64,000 nucleotides of DNA from Ministeria vibrans ATCC 50519 (lineage: Eukaryota; Protista; Filasterea), in contig CALSCP010002018.1 in the NCBI GenBank assembly GCA_943704425.1, forward strand, positions 1 to 64,000, given 5' to 3'. Under the pieces are notes generated by a model. It was not told where the DNA came from. It did no database searches and saw nothing but the letters and a program-made list of their open reading frames with translations. Made by a program: the position numbers and the translations under genes. Each line of letters opens with the position of its first letter. Within the stretch, counting starts at the first letter, position 1. This document shows positions 27,870-42,800 of this stretch, piece after piece.

Positions 27870-30800
27870 TAATTTTATTATTAATACCTGCTTGGCCTTG
27901 GCGACATAGTCGAGACGGCTGTCCATGGTGACGGGAATGCGTGCGCCACCTGAGACTACGTCGGCAAGAGAACCGTCGCTTAGAGAGACGGTCATGTCGC
28001 AGTCAATAAGGTCGTCGGGCGAGAGCGCTCCCGCAATGGCCTGCAGTCGCTGCACCTCCGCCTTGTCGACGTTGTTGTAGTCTGAAAAGGTCACCTGCTC
28101 GCCACAAACTTTCTGCCACACAAACGTCGCAAAGTCGACGGGAAGGTACATCTGGTGGCGCAAACAGCCGCCCAGCATGCGCCCAATAAATTCAAACTGC
28201 GCCAGTTGCTGTGCACTGGTCGCGTTGACACGCGGCACAAACGCTCCGCCGTTAGGCGTCACGACCAACAAATCGCTTGCGGCACTTTGCAGGTCCAGTG
28301 CAATCTCCGAGAGCGACTCGCGAAACACACCGCCATAGTCGTCGGCCTTCTCGCCCTCAAAGCCCACCTTGAAAAACCCGCGTGGGTTGGAGCTGTGGAA
28401 GATGTGTGCGGGAAAGGCACCCGCCGCATTGAACACCTGCTTGAAGAAGCTCGAGTCGGAGTCCTCACTCGCAGGTTGCGCAAGGTAGCGCCGCGCCGCA
28501 ACACGGTCAATCGTAATGCGAGGCCGATCGTCCGCCTGCAGATAGTGAAACGTCACGCCAATCATCGTCTCGGAGAGACGCCAGCGCGTCGACACAAACA
28601 GCACGTCTCGAGCATACAGACGCACCGCACGGCTCCAGCGCGCCCGCACCGATCCCGTTCCATCCGCAAACGGAAGCACGCGTGTAATATCGCGCGAGAT
28701 GTACGCGAGCACACGCGCACGACGCTCCACCTCGGCAACACCCAATGGCAGCAGCTCGCGCGACAGGTCCTCTTCGCGCGCTTTAAAGTTGCCCTCGAGC
28801 ACCCACTCGGCTTCGTCGTCAGTTCCTCCGCCCTGCTTGGGTGCCTGCTCCCAGTCTCGCAGACCCGCCGCACGCGACGCACTCGACACGTACGTCGCAA
28901 TGTCGCGTGTCATCGCAGGTGTCCACGGATGCGCCCCGCCCGACGCCATCTGCGTCTTGGCCGACTCGTCGCGCTCGTGCGTCTCGTAAAACGCAATCAA
29001 CTGCTTCTCCCACTCCTTCGTCCCCGACGTATCCACCGCCTCGTAGCCATGCGGCACCGTCGGCTCCCGCAGTTGCTTTTGCTCGGTGACAAAGGCGACG
29101 GAACCGGCCGACGCATCGACACTCGTCACGTTCGCCGTCTCGCTCGTGCTCAACCCGACACTCTCCGTGTTGTCAAACGACATGTACGGCATCACGGCAA
29201 TGCTGTCCGTTGTAGGCCATAGCGAGGGACGGAGTGACAACGGCGATGCCAACGGACGTCCATTGCGCCGAAACTCGAGCGATGACCCCGTCACATTCAC
29301 CAGCACTCCAATCACATCGCCACTCTTCCACTCAGATGAGTCCACAAACGTCCATGTCATGGGTGTTTCATCATCTTCCGTCGCTGTGGTCGTCGACGCC
29401 GAAGCATCACCAACCTTGTCAGAGCTGCGAGCGGGCGACTTGCCCTTGCCCTTGCCCTTTGACGTGCTATCACCCACACTCTCAATCTTTTTCACAGCGT
29501 CACGCACATGCACCACCCTGCTCTCTTCTTCTTCCTCCTCCTCCTCTTCCCACTGATCATCATCATCATCATCCTCATTCTCATCATGATCAACATCATG
29601 ATCAACATCATTATCCTCGCCACCTTCCTTCTCCTTCTCCTTCTCCTTCTCCTCCTTCTCTGCCACCTCGCTCTCAATCTTGTCACGACTCCTGTCCTTG
29701 GGTGTACGCTGAACCAGCACGCCCACACACAGTCGTTGCAACTGCTTGCTGCTGGCTGTCGCCGACACGTGTATCTCAAAGTAGAATTTGCCCTTCTTTT
29801 GTGCCACGGCTGGCAGCGACAGCCGATTGCCCGCCACCAGGTCCATCTGTGTCTCGCTCTGCGGTGCGTCGAGACACCACACATTTGGCAGTCCCTGGCC
29901 CGTGCCCAGCTGCTCAAGCAAGTCGCTTGCTGCCACACACAGCGACAGTGCGCTGTCCGACGTGTCCAGCATCTCCTCGTCAAACTCCTTCCAGTTGAGA
30001 ATTGCCGAACTCTTCTTGCCCGTCTTTTTCTCGGCACGCGCCACAGTCGCAACCAGCGGTTGCTTCCACGCCAGCGACGCTCCATGGCACGCCACCATCA
30101 CCTCAGCGGCCGCAAGAAGCAGGGGCGAAGCAGCACGCAATTTGAACTCGCGATGGAAGTGCACGACAAACAGTGCGTAGATGTGGGCCATGGCTTGGCT
30201 CAGTTCAAAGCGCTCCGACTCGGGATATTCGTCGGCGCGCCCCAGCAACTCCACAAGCATCTTAAGAGCGACCACGCGTCGCTGTGCACAGTTCTTCTGA
30301 GCGGCATACACCAATGACAGCGTGAGGTTACGCGTGAGCACATGGGTGGCGCCTGTCTGTGACGCCTGCACCACAGCCAACACGAGCGCAGCGCCAACGT
30401 CAAACTGAAATGTCGGTCGACGACCCAACGGCAACTGGGGAGCAAGGTCACGGAAGACAAAAGGTCGCTCGCCCATGTTGATGCGAATGCGTAGGTGCTC
30501 GCCCGACAGCGACACCGTCGGCACCAGTCGTGTCTCCAGCATGTCGTCCTTGTCGCCCGTGATAATGCCGTTCTTTGTGAAAAAGATGCTGTGCGTCTGG
30601 GGATTCCATCCGCAGCCAATGGTGTCACCCACGTAGGAGGCTGCGCCGTTGCTCAGACCCGTGCCCGAGCCCGTGCTGTTGAAGTAGCCGCCGTCGTCGG
30701 CGTGCATCGCATACGAGCGCGGTGTCCAGCCCACATTCGTATTGGGCCCAAACCACATGGGTGCAAAGCCAATGGCAACGGTGCGTCCATTGGCGAACGA

Positions 30801-33800
30801 CGAACACGACAAAATGTCGACTTCGTAGTACTGCACTCCCTCATTCTCAAACTCCTCAGTTGCTTGCAAAATTGCAATGTTGTTCTGGCGGTCCACCACT
30901 TCGCCGACAAACTCGTAGACGTCGTTGTAGAACATGACGGGTGTCGTGTCGCAGTGGTAGGAGCACTCCATCATGGACAACCAGGTGCGCACCGTCGACG
31001 ACGCCGCCTGCTGCGCCAACAGCTTCGACTTGGTGCTCAGCATCGACTCTGCCTCACCCAACAGCAGTCGACTTAGCGGCACGTTCGCCGACGACTTGAG
31101 CAGACCTCGCACGCACTCCGCCGCCTGGCCAACACCCATGTAGGATTGTGTTGAGAGCACTGCAAGTAGACGCAGCAGAGCGCCGTAGCGCGACTCGGCA
31201 AACGACTCCGTGTCGGGCCAGTACGCCAAAATAGACTGGCACAGGTCACGAGCGACCAGTATCGCCGTTGTCATTTCGACAGCGCGTATAGTCTTCTCGC
31301 GCACCTCACCCGAGCGCAGGCGATTCGGCATGCTGTACACGTCGATCGTGTCGCTGCGACTGTGCGGCTTGGCGCTCTTGGATCGTCCACCGGACAGACC
31401 GGGAGCCGCAATGTCGTCGCGTTGCGACTGAATCTCAAACGTACCACGAATAATGCCCTCGGTGTGCGTCTCCTTGCTCAGCTGCCACTCGGGCTCGCGC
31501 ACGCTCTCACGCAACATCTCCGACGTCCACTTGACACCCGCTGTGTCCTCGTGGTCCAGCGACGTCGGCTTCCACGTCGCTTCTTGGTCCACCGTGTTCC
31601 ACACACTGTAGCGCGATTGGTCGCGGTCATCGCGTGCTACGTAGCCACCGCGGTAGTTGTTCGCGGGATCGAGCAGGTACGAAAAGAGCTTGCGCACATG
31701 CGTACGCAACTTCTCCAGATCACTCCCAACCACGTCGTAGGCATCCTGGAACATGGTGGGCGGCATCTTATACTGCCCTTGCACCGAGGCGAGGTAGCGG
31801 CGAACCTCGTCCGTCTGCGTGAGGTGCTGCTTGCGGTCGGGATCGTCGTCGTCCTCGTCCATTTCATTGCGCGCGCCGTCGCCGCAGTGAACGCCCGATC
31901 GCAGCAGCCAGCTTGCTTCGACCAGATCCGCATGACTGCGCTCGGCGCCCGTGTACGACGCATCGAGCGTCGCCAACAACAGCAGACTGTCAAGAAGACC
32001 TTCGCTCGCGAGAACGGCCTTAATGGCATCGTTGCGCGTCTCCTCCACGACCACAAAGTCGCATAGGGACGTCAGCGCCGCGTGTAACAATGAAGGGTGG
32101 CGAGGGGCGCCACAGCCGGTGTCAATGGTCGCCAAGATCGACTGCAACGACTCGAGAATCATGGGCAGGCGCATCGGGTCGGGCTGGCAGTCAGGCGCAA
32201 CACTCAGTTCGTCGGAGACGACCACGTTGACGTCAGACCCCGACGAGGAAAAAATGACAGACATCTTTCCGAGCAGCGGAGCAGTCGTCAAAATGGAGCA
32301 AAGACCATCGTCGTGGCCGTCCGACGGTCGTGCCTTGGCACCAGGCCGCACCACCAAAGATGAGGTACCCAGCAACTTGAGCCCGAGCCAGAGGCGCTGC
32401 TCTTCATCGATACCAAGTGTGTCGTCCTTGCTAAGACGCTCAACCGCCACAGCCGACGACGACGACGACGTTGCCTCGTGTGTGTTGGACGATACACGGC
32501 GCAGAAAACGGCCGAGCACAACACCAAAAGTGCCGCGCCAGTGATGCGCCTGTGCCATAGCACGGAGCAATCCTACTGCCGCGGCAATGCGACCCGCCTT
32601 GCTGTGCGACGGATCGGCAACGCGCGGCGACGTGAGCGCCACCAGCACCGACAGAGTGCGAAGGCCTTCCAGGCTCTTGCTGGCGCTGTCACTGGGCAGG
32701 TCAATATTGGACAGACCCAGCGCAGGATCAGGCCACGACACACCCCACAGACCGGAGGCGCCGCTCTTGGCAATCGCATTAAAGTCGGCCACGACCGCTT
32801 GATCGGCAGCAGCCGGTGAAACCTCGGCGCGTGGCAAGAGTTTGAGGAGAAGCCCAAGAGCGAGGTCGCGCACAGTCACCAATGACACGTCGCAGGTGCA
32901 GGTGACACCATTGAGCCGCTGACGCTCTTTGCGCGCTGCCGAGTCCGACGCAGACTCGGTGGCTGGCTGGCGTGTCACGACACCCGCGTACTGTGCACCA
33001 CTAGTCACAATCTCTTCAATGTCGTCGTCTTCGTCCTCCCACTGCTGGTCGTCGTCGACGTCGGCCCTCTCGTCCATGTCTTCGAAACTCGCTTCGACGG
33101 GCGATCCGTGTGACAGGACCACACGCAGTGCAGCAAAGAGCACGGCAAGACGAGCCGGTTCGCGCGCCAGCAGGGCCGCCACGAGTGACGGAGCACTGTC
33201 AAAGAGTGTGCCAAGGTGACACAAACATGTGGCCGCCTCGCGCCAGGGGAACTCGGGCTTGCTCAGGAGCGACGCGGACGTCTTGGTCGAACCCAAGTCA
33301 CAGCCGGGCAGAATCTCTGTGACGTCGGAGAGTTTTACGGACGTCCCGCCGCCCGTGATGGACAGGGCAAGACGCGCGACGGTGATGCGCACCACATTCT
33401 CCAGAGTCGCCTTGGCGACGGGGGCGTCGCTTTGGTTTGCGTGCAGCGCTGCCATCCACAACATCGACTGGCGCAGCGAGTGAAGCGGAAGCCAATCAGG
33501 CGTCGCCGGACGACCGTACACGGTCAGCTTGCCCACGTCGAGGTTGTCCTCAAAGCGCTTGGCGGGTGTTAGCAGTAGCAGCGTGACAAAACTGCCGAGA
33601 CGCGGACGATCGAGGCCCATCGAGATGAACTTCTTCATCTTGGGCTTTTCCTGGCCACCGTCCGTGTCGCTTTCGGGCACGCCAAAATCAAAAAAGGCGC
33701 AGGGCAGGTGTTGTGTTGAGTCAGCCGGGTCGCACGAGCGCACCAGTTGGGCGTACTGTCGTTTGCGCATGTTCCAAAAGTGGAACAGCTCATTCGACTC

Positions 33801-36800
33801 GGGCGGGAGGCTCGACACAAAGGCAAGTGCGGTGCGCAGAGGCGACGTGTACGAATCGTCGACATTACCCAGACGGATGCGAGTGATCCACGAAAGGGGC
33901 TCCTCGACGCGGAATGTAATGCGAATGTTGCGTTCTTTGTAACGGCCCGTCGAATAGCACTCCTCTGATGACATCCCCACCACATTTTGCGGTCCAAAAT
34001 CCGGCGCAAACAGGTAGCCATCGGTGTCATGCAGTACGAGACGAAGCTTTCGCGACGACCCTTCCTCCTCTTCCTCCTCTGTTTCGTCCTCGCCAGTGTC
34101 CTTGTCGTCACTGTCTCCATCCTTGTCTACATCCTCGCCACTCTCGGCTTCCTTCGCCTTCGCCTCCCTCTCCTCATTCTCTTCCTTCTTGGTCTTGTTT
34201 TTGGTGTCGACGCCCTCAATCTTGTCCTCCATCACATTCGGACTTTCGCTCTGTTTGACAGCGAGCAGTGCTGCAAAGTCAAGGTCAAGGGTGATTTCAA
34301 AGTCATCGGGCGACAGCTCGGTGCTGATGACGCGGAGCAAACTGCCACGCTCCTCAAGGTCAGTGCCAACACGCAGGCGGTGAATGAGCACCGAAAGAAG
34401 GTTGTGCCAGGCGGTGCGCACGTACTTGACGGTGCGCTCACCGCAAGCCGCAAGGTAGAAGGCAACGTCCGCGTCGCGCGCCACATCCTCTTCCTTCTTC
34501 TTCTTCGCTTCGGCGCCCTCTGACTCGTCCTCCAGCGAGAGCACTTCATCCAACAGCGCCGCACCCTTGCAACACATCGATTTGAGATAGACACTCGTCG
34601 CCCTGTGACTCGACACCTTGGACAACACCCGATTGGCAACGTCAAAGCCCCAAGCCTTGCGCAAGCCCACATTGCGGCGCTCCACCACCGAGCTGCGCAG
34701 CTTGCCAATGTTCGCGTTGTCGTCAAGCACAAATTCGCTAATGATTGACGCATCAATGCCACTTGGGTGAGGCTCTTCGCCAATCCGCGTGCCGTGCAGC
34801 AGCGCATTGGCCGAGCGCCACACATTGGAGAGTTTGCTCCAGCCGCTTCCCTTCGCACTTGCACCCGCCGATGGGTCGACGAGACGCGACGATGACAGGC
34901 GGGAACCTACAGCGAGCGATGCAGGTGTACTTGGTGGAGCAGCAGCAGATGCAGCGGTGGCGGCGGCACCAGCGGCAGCAGGAGCCACGGCCGGAGAGGA
35001 AGGGAACACAAACGGATTGGGTGTGGCCGAGTGGCGAACTTGAGCACTGCCAGGCTGAGAAGCGGGTGCCGGCGTCGGAGTGGGCACCGAGGCAGGATGG
35101 GCAATGGCCGCGGGCAAAAGAGTGAGCAAAAAGAGAGCACGACGACGAATTTGCACAAGCATCGGCGAGAGTTGTACACGTGCACTTGTGGATGCACCCG
35201 ACGAGCCACCCGCCTCGCTGGCGGACGACTCTTCGCCGGAAATCATGGATGAGCTTTGACGCTGGAAAACACGACGCCGCAGCACAGCGGCATCATCATT
35301 GGCAGGAGGAGCGTCAGCGCCATCATCATCAGCAACAGCAGCAGCAGCAGCAGCAGCAGGAGTCGTAGTCGACATGGCGGCAGCCGTAGATGCTTCAGGG
35401 TCGGTCGAGGTCATCATGGCGAGCAAATCGTCGAGGTCATCTTCACCCTCGTCGGCGGCCATTTCCGAAGCATCGTTGTCACTCAGGTCAACCAGTGCGT
35501 TAGAGGTGCTCTGGCCACGCGGTTGTTGCTTAAGACGCAACTCGGCACGGTGCATTGTCGCCTTTTTGAAGACACCCCCAAGCGACGAAGGAATGTCGTT
35601 GGTGGAGCAAACTCCTCGTTCAAGAGCGTCGGCTGCATCGTAGCACTCGTGTGCGAGGCCCAAATGCCAAATCATTGCTGCAAAGATGGCAGACAACACC
35701 GAGTCAACGGCCTGGTCGACACGCGTGCCAAAACTTGGATGCATGGGGCGGTACTTGGTCGCAAGCATCTTCTCAAAATCGCGCTTGTCGCCACGCGCCA
35801 GCGCCACAATGAAGGCGGCAATGTGAGGCTCGACAGCAGCACTGTCGCTTGACGCCTCCACCGGCGCATTGACATTGTCATCGTTAGTCTCCTTGGTTGA
35901 GTCGAAGGATGACGCCTCGCTCAGAGCCTTGTTGAGACCTTTACGTGTGAAGCCTGCGCTGAAGAGGGGCGATCGTAGCCAGTGAGCTGAGGCGCCGTGT
36001 TCGGTGACGAGCGGCGCGAGGGCGACGGACGAGAAGAAGCCGAGGATGCGGGCGACAGCAAGTTGCACGTCGACGGCCCAGGGCACAATGGGCACGCTTG
36101 TGGCGTAGTGCGCGGTGACGTTGACCTTGTAGCCCCAATTGGAGGAGTCGTCGGCAGAGGCACGGAATGTAAAGTTGAGACCATTGGCATTGTCAATGTG
36201 GTAGGGCATGGCGGGAAAGGTGTTGTCGACAAAGTCGCCAGTGTACTGACCACTGCTGCCAAAAAAAAAGTGCTCCAAATCGGAATTCTCGTGCGTTGTG
36301 ACGCGCAGACGGTCCAGTGGACCTTTGGTGTTGCAACGCGGGTCAAACTCGAGTGTGAAATGCGTTGCACCTGGACACTCAATGTCGCGGCTCGACAGTG
36401 AATTGGGCGCGTACGGATGCTTGCTTTCAACCACAAAGGTACGCGTCGAGTTGATAATGGTTGCCTTGGGCGTATCGGCGTCGGCGGCAGCATCAGAAGC
36501 AGAGGCGCTTGCATTGAGTTCGTCAAGGGCCACAAGCAGGTCGGTGAGGTGAGGCGCAATGGTTCGTGCCACAGAGCGATTCGAGTGCAGCGCGGAGTCG
36601 AGCGAGCTGACAAAGTGCACAACGAGGCGTCCGACCGACGACTCTTCAAGCATTTGCAGGGCCACCTCGCGATTGGGCAATTTGGAGGCGAGTTGCGTCA
36701 GTGTGCGACTGTGGCGACACAGAATCTCGCCATACTCGGTGATTAGAAGCGCACCCGTGGCCGGCTCAGCAATGTCCTTAGCCCACGCACACATGGCAAG

Positions 36801-39800
36801 CTGGAGAGCCTCGAGAACGTCGCCGACAATGGAACGCCACGGAGTGGACTGAGATGAAGTGGCGGACGAATCGGAGGTAGGCGACTCTGCCGAGGGTGAT
36901 TTGGTGATGGTGGGGCTGCTGGCGGGAGTGGTGCTAGAACTGCCACTGGCATTGTTCTGGGCGCTGTCGGCAGTCGATGCGTGCGAGACAAAGGCGGTGC
37001 GCTCCAGGTCAAAGAAAGCACGCACAGTGCTCAGCTGCGAGGTGAAATCTTCGACTGTGGTGTTGCGATCGTTGACGGGGAATGCAAGGAGACGCATTGC
37101 ACCGGCGGTGGTCCGATGGTCAGCAAGTACGGCGTGGTAGCGCAGACTCTGCGCTTCGGTAAGGGGATCCTGACTTTCCTCAGTAGCCGAACGAATGGAG
37201 GCCAGCAGCAGATTTGAGCGCAAAAGAGGCGTGGGATAGGCGAGGGGAAACGAGGAGGCAAGGAAAGCGGCGGCCGCGGCGTAGATGTCCTTGTCCGTCG
37301 ACTCGTCAACAAGACGTTCAGCGGTGGCGCGTGCGCGGTCCATAAAGCCCGCCTGACCACCGTCGGCAAGATCGAGCACATGCGCTGCTGCCATGGGGCC
37401 ATCGAATTCACGCAAAATCATGCGAACGTTGACAGTGAGCAAGTTAAGGGTGACAAGCGTGTTCGCGTAGCTTTGGGGTGTCGAGGTGCTTGGGTCACGC
37501 CAGGTGTCGGCGGAGCGACTAAGAATGTGCGCGAGCTGCACAATCATGCCGGGATTGGGGTCAAGGAAGATGCTTGGCGAGGACTGGAGGGCCAGACGTG
37601 TGCATAGAGTGCCGCCAATGTCCCAGTTTTCGTCGCGCGTCAGCGCTGCAAGTCGACCGGGAACGGCAAGGATCATGGTGGCCGCAGTGATAGGCTCCAC
37701 CTTGCGGGTGCGACTAGACGCGGCGTCAACAGTTGACGCTTCCAATGAATGGACACGCTCAAAGGCAACGTCGTGAGCGTGCAGCGCACTGAAGGTGCCA
37801 GTGAATGCGTTGGGCAGAGTGGCGCAGGTAGCGAGGAGACGTTGCGAGTCGGTGGGTACCAGTAAGAGACCGGTGTCGTGCAGACCACACAGCGTGATAC
37901 GATCCATGCCCTTCTTGTCGTAGACGAGCGTCTGACCAAGCGAGCGACCGTCCTCGAGCGAAAAGTTGAGCAGCATACGAATGGAAGTATCGTCGTCGAC
38001 GTCTTCGCCAAGAACCGTAGCAAGTGCTTCGGGCAAAATGGCCTCAGGCGGTGCAAAGAGAGAGAGCACCTTGCCGGCCGAGTAGAAGGTCACCTTGTCG
38101 AGCTCGTCGGTGTTGATCTGAAGGGGCCAGTCAGTGTCCTGCGACGTGGCGGTAGCATACGCGGCGGCACGTGCCAAGCCAGCTGGCGACAAATCGTAGC
38201 ACCACTGCGAGAGGCTCGCAGCCTCACCGCGACACACGACTCCGTGGGCATTGCTTGGACTCGAGTCGCGCACTAGAACCCCACGCCCCTCATTGAGCGG
38301 CCAGCAGGCAACGACGCCTGGCTGCGAGCCAGTGGCAAAGCGCCGGCTGTCGCGCAGCACGTCGGCTGCCGAACGGGCAACCTTCCACACGGCGACGTGG
38401 CCAATAGAGCCGTGGAATCCGGCGCCAATGCACGACACGGAGGTACTGCGCGCACGTTCGACAAGTTCGACGCCACCGGAGCTCTCTGTGGTGGCACCTG
38501 CGACAAGGACTCCGTTGCGATAGAGTGACCAAGGGCTGTCGGGGCCCTTGGAGACGGCGGCCCAGTGCACCCAGCCGCACAGCTCGGTTTCGGCCGTCGA
38601 GGCGAATCGCAGCGCCGAGCGACCGTGCGTGCTGTTGTTGCGTTCGGCGCCCACAATGAAACCCTTGATCTCGAGGGAGAGATCACGATGACGAAACACA
38701 GTCGCCGTGTGCGCTGACGCGGACGCGGCATCGAAACGCAGCCACGCCGAGATGGTGATGGGTCCGCGCGAGAGCGTGTCTGGCAGACTCGCGCCGTTGA
38801 AGCGCACAAAGTTCTTGGACTCACCCGTGAAGGTGTAGCCTGCGGCGGCAAGTGACGGATCGGGCGAGGTGCCCACGTCGGGAGCGGTGATGCGGGACGG
38901 GATCAACGACAAACTGCGTTCGTCGGTGAGATGCGAACCGCCTGGGCCAGTGCGGGGCACAATGCGCATGACAGACACGTCGGTAGGCTTCCACTGGAGT
39001 GCCCAGGCGGCAAGACCGTCGCCGACAATGCACAGAAGAGAACGGTCGTGAAGATCGAGGCCCCCGATGTTGCTGAGGCTCGACGGGTTGTGCACCGAGA
39101 GAATTTTGTCGCGCGGCTGCAGACGATAGAGAAACTCGCCGTCGAGTGCCAATGTTGTGTTGGGGTCCACGTCGAATTCTTCGTTGACACGCGCCTCGTC
39201 GTCGACATGGGCGGTCGTCGAGCTGCCGAGACGTACTGAGATGAGACCCTGAGTGGCAGTGACGACAAAGGCGTCGTGCCCAAGGGACGCAATGGCGAGC
39301 ACATCGTGAAGCGGGTGTGACAGCTGCCACTGGCGCAGGGTGGGATCCCAGGGCGAACGAAGAGGGGCATACGCTGCCTTGCGCGCAAACTGATGGAGCG
39401 GCTCGGTGAGAGCCAGACGAGACTTGGACGAGGAGGTGGCGGCGGAGGCTGAGGAAGGGGCGTTGCTGTTGCCGGAGTTTGTGGTGAGCAAGAGGGATGC
39501 GACGCTGACCAAGTCGCGAAGACGACCACGCACAAGAGCAAGACGCACACTCTGGTCGAGTGCACCGGTACTTGCAAGGAATAGAGCCAGTTTGTCGAGC
39601 ATCTCGTCGGAAGGCAGCGGGGTGGAATGAGTGCGGCCAGGCATGGCGGACGACGACGACGACAACGCAAACGAGTGTGGGGCAGACAGAGCACGGAGCC
39701 AGCGGGCCGTCAGCGCATGAAGGTGGCGCAACATCTTGGGGTCCACTTGGTCAATGGTGGTCTGCTGAAACAGCATGGTGAACGCGAGCTCGGCTGAGAA

Positions 39801-42800
39801 GGCATCCGTCGAAAGGGTGGATGTATCTGTGTCGCTGTCGCTGTCGTCCGAGTCGTCGTCGTCGTCACCACGTGTCTGCTCTGTCCCTTTACCGGAAGAA
39901 GACACACCACTGCCAGTCGCACCGCTAGCCGTTGTGGCAGTGGATGAACTTGCGAGTGTTTCGGCCGTCGAAACGAGCTCCTTGACGACAGCGGACGCGA
40001 CATCGTTGGCCACCTGTGAGCGGCGGGTGGCCAGGTCCTCGTACGCGCCAATGTCGTGTTCTGTGTTGAGCGAGTCAACATGAAGCATGTCGCGCAAGCT
40101 GTGGAGCTCGTCGGCAATGCGTGTACGGCTCTTGGTGGTGTGTACCGCCGTGGGGTCGACAAAGACGGGCTCGAAATTTTGGAAGAAATGTAAGCCACGC
40201 AGGGGTTCGAGTCCATCGGCGTCCTCTGCAAGAAGAGTCGTGTCGAAGAGACGACGCATGGAGAAGGACGAGGCGACGGGTTCTTTGGCGCCACCAATAG
40301 CGTGCAGCGTGTGACGACGACGGCGTTGTTGCGAATCATTGTGTCGACCCGAACCACTGTCAGAGTTGCGCTGGCGCGAGGAGGAACGCTGCTGCTGCTG
40401 TTGTTGTTGTTGCTGCTGCTGCTGTCGAGACTGCGCACCACTCTCGCTGCGGGTGCTGTTGGTGCTGTCCTGACGGCGGCGTTGCTGAGTGGGTCCGCCG
40501 TTGCCCGACGACGCAGTACGATTCCGACTTCGACCGGTCCTTGAGTCTCGCGAAGCCCCATCATCATCATCGTCATCATCATCACCATCACCATCACCAT
40601 CATCATCATCGGCATCGTCGTCGTTGTCGTCATCGTCGCCAGCCCCGCCGGCGTCGTCCTCCTGCCCAGCACGCCCGTTGTTGCTGTCATCGCCGTTCGC
40701 TTCTGCGCGATTGGTCGTCCCTTGGCCCTCGTCGTCGTCGTTGTCCCCGCCTCCTTCGCTGTTGGACATCACTACGCTAAGCACCAACTGTACGATTGAA
40801 AAGCGGAGGTTATCAGTGAAAGTGGGATATGAAAAAGGTCAAAAAAAAAACGAGAAAAAAAAAAAAAAAAAAAAAAAAGAGTAACGTACAGTACACTCGT
40901 TCAGTGCTGCTGCTGTCGCAGTTCGCTTCTCAGACAGCTCTTGCATATTTGACTGTATCACAAAAGAGAAACAAAAATTGAGCACAGACCTCTCCTCTCT
41001 CTCTCTCTCTCTCTCCAACACGTCTTTTTTCTTTCCCCATCACTTTGTATGTACTCCCTCCTTTACTTTACCTTCAGATTGGACTCGCATAGATATCTCT
41101 CATCTTCAAGCAACACAATGCTCTCCTTGAGACGGTAGTTCTCAGTGAGCAGTGCGACTCGCTCATCAGTGTCGCTCTCCGGTTTGCTCTCGTGCGACTG
41201 ATTGTGGCTGTGCGAGTTGTTGGGATTGTTGTTGCTGTGTTGGTGAGGGGGGTTGTTTGAATTGGAGGTGTCTGTGCTGGCTTCCACCAGTGCCTCCCGG
41301 TCCCGACGGAAGTGGTGCTCGCCGCGTGCACGGTAAAAGTCCACTTGACGCTCTAACCTGCGCAGCGAGTCGATCATCTTGGCTTCGTTTCCTGCAACAA
41401 GCACTGGCGGCTCGCCCACCGACTCGTACTCCCCGACAATGTCTGACAGGCGCGCCAGTGTTACTGCAAGCTCACGTGACACCGCGTACGCCTCGGCAAG
41501 CGCCGCAATCGCCACATGGGCATCATCCGGTACCATCACCACGCGATCGCCCAGCACCCCACCACTACTACCACCACCCGCGCCACCACCAGACCCACTC
41601 GACGACGCACTGACCATCATCGACACACTGCGCCCTCCTTTGTCCTTCTTGTACAGCGACCCTGTCTTACTAGCCCCAGTAATGCCTCCTCCACTTGCAC
41701 TGTGGCCACCAACACTACTACTGATCGAGTAGGTTCCACCAGCATTGCGCACGGCAATCTCCGTGTCGCGCACACTCACTACCTCCTTGCCACCAACCGA
41801 CTTGCGCACAGGCTTCCGTCGTACCACACCATCCTCTTCGACAACAACACGCCCGCGCACAGCATGATGCGTCACATTCTGCGTCGACTCCACCACATCA
41901 ACCCCAAACTGGAATTCGTCGCTCGTCGTAAGCTCCACCGCTTCGCTCACTTTAAGCGACTCAGCCAGTCGTCGCCCGTTCACAAACGTCCCGTTGCTAC
42001 TCTTTGTGTCCCGCACAAACAGCCGTGCATCTTCAATCCACAGCTCAGCATGAGCTCGTGACAACACTGGAGGGGAAAAGATGTGTGTCAATATAATTAT
42101 TATAATTATAATTAAAAAAAATTAATAAAGAACACAGCTCATAATTACAATAATAATAATATAAACAAGAGAGTTGGACAATTCATTGCAAACGAAATCA
42201 TTTATACCTTTGCTGTCAAACATGGCGTTGTCTTCGGCCGGTTTGGGCTTGCCTACGCTCCGACCCACTTTGATGATTTGCTGTGGTCGGAACTGAAGTC
42301 GGCGTGTCTGAAAGGCGCCCTCATCGCGCGGCTCAAGATAAATGACAAGGGCGGAGGGTGAGTGAGTCGGCGTGGATACTTCTTCCTTGGGGATCGTTGG
42401 TGGAGTGACCAGCGGAGTGGCCGCCGGGGCATTCTCCGCCACGGTGGCTCGTGCGGCAGAGATGCCCGTCGAGGACAACTCGTGGGCTGTGGCAGCGGGG
42501 TCTTCTTGGAGTGTGGCAAGCGAGGCAGAGCGCTCGCGTCCGGTCTCACAGTCTTCGCTGGTAGTGCGTGTCTGCGTGTCGCTCTCAGAGCTCTCGCGTG
42601 GCTCATCTTCGGTTCGGTCTCTGTCGTCGCCGCCGTCTACACCAAAGGGCGTCGACTCGCCATCGGGGATGGGCGTTGATCCTGGCTCTATGTGGACGTA
42701 CGGCGTCAGCATTGGCAATTCGTTCAAACGCGCGATAGGAACAGGAGAGACGGAAAAACACATCCGAATCTACGAATCTTGCAGTACGGAAAAACGTCGC

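Noticed and set aside
28155-40690. Numerous overlapping antisense or alternate-frame ORFs inside the HECT exon
   Set aside because: They are expected by-products of GC-rich codon bias and show no recognisable domains.
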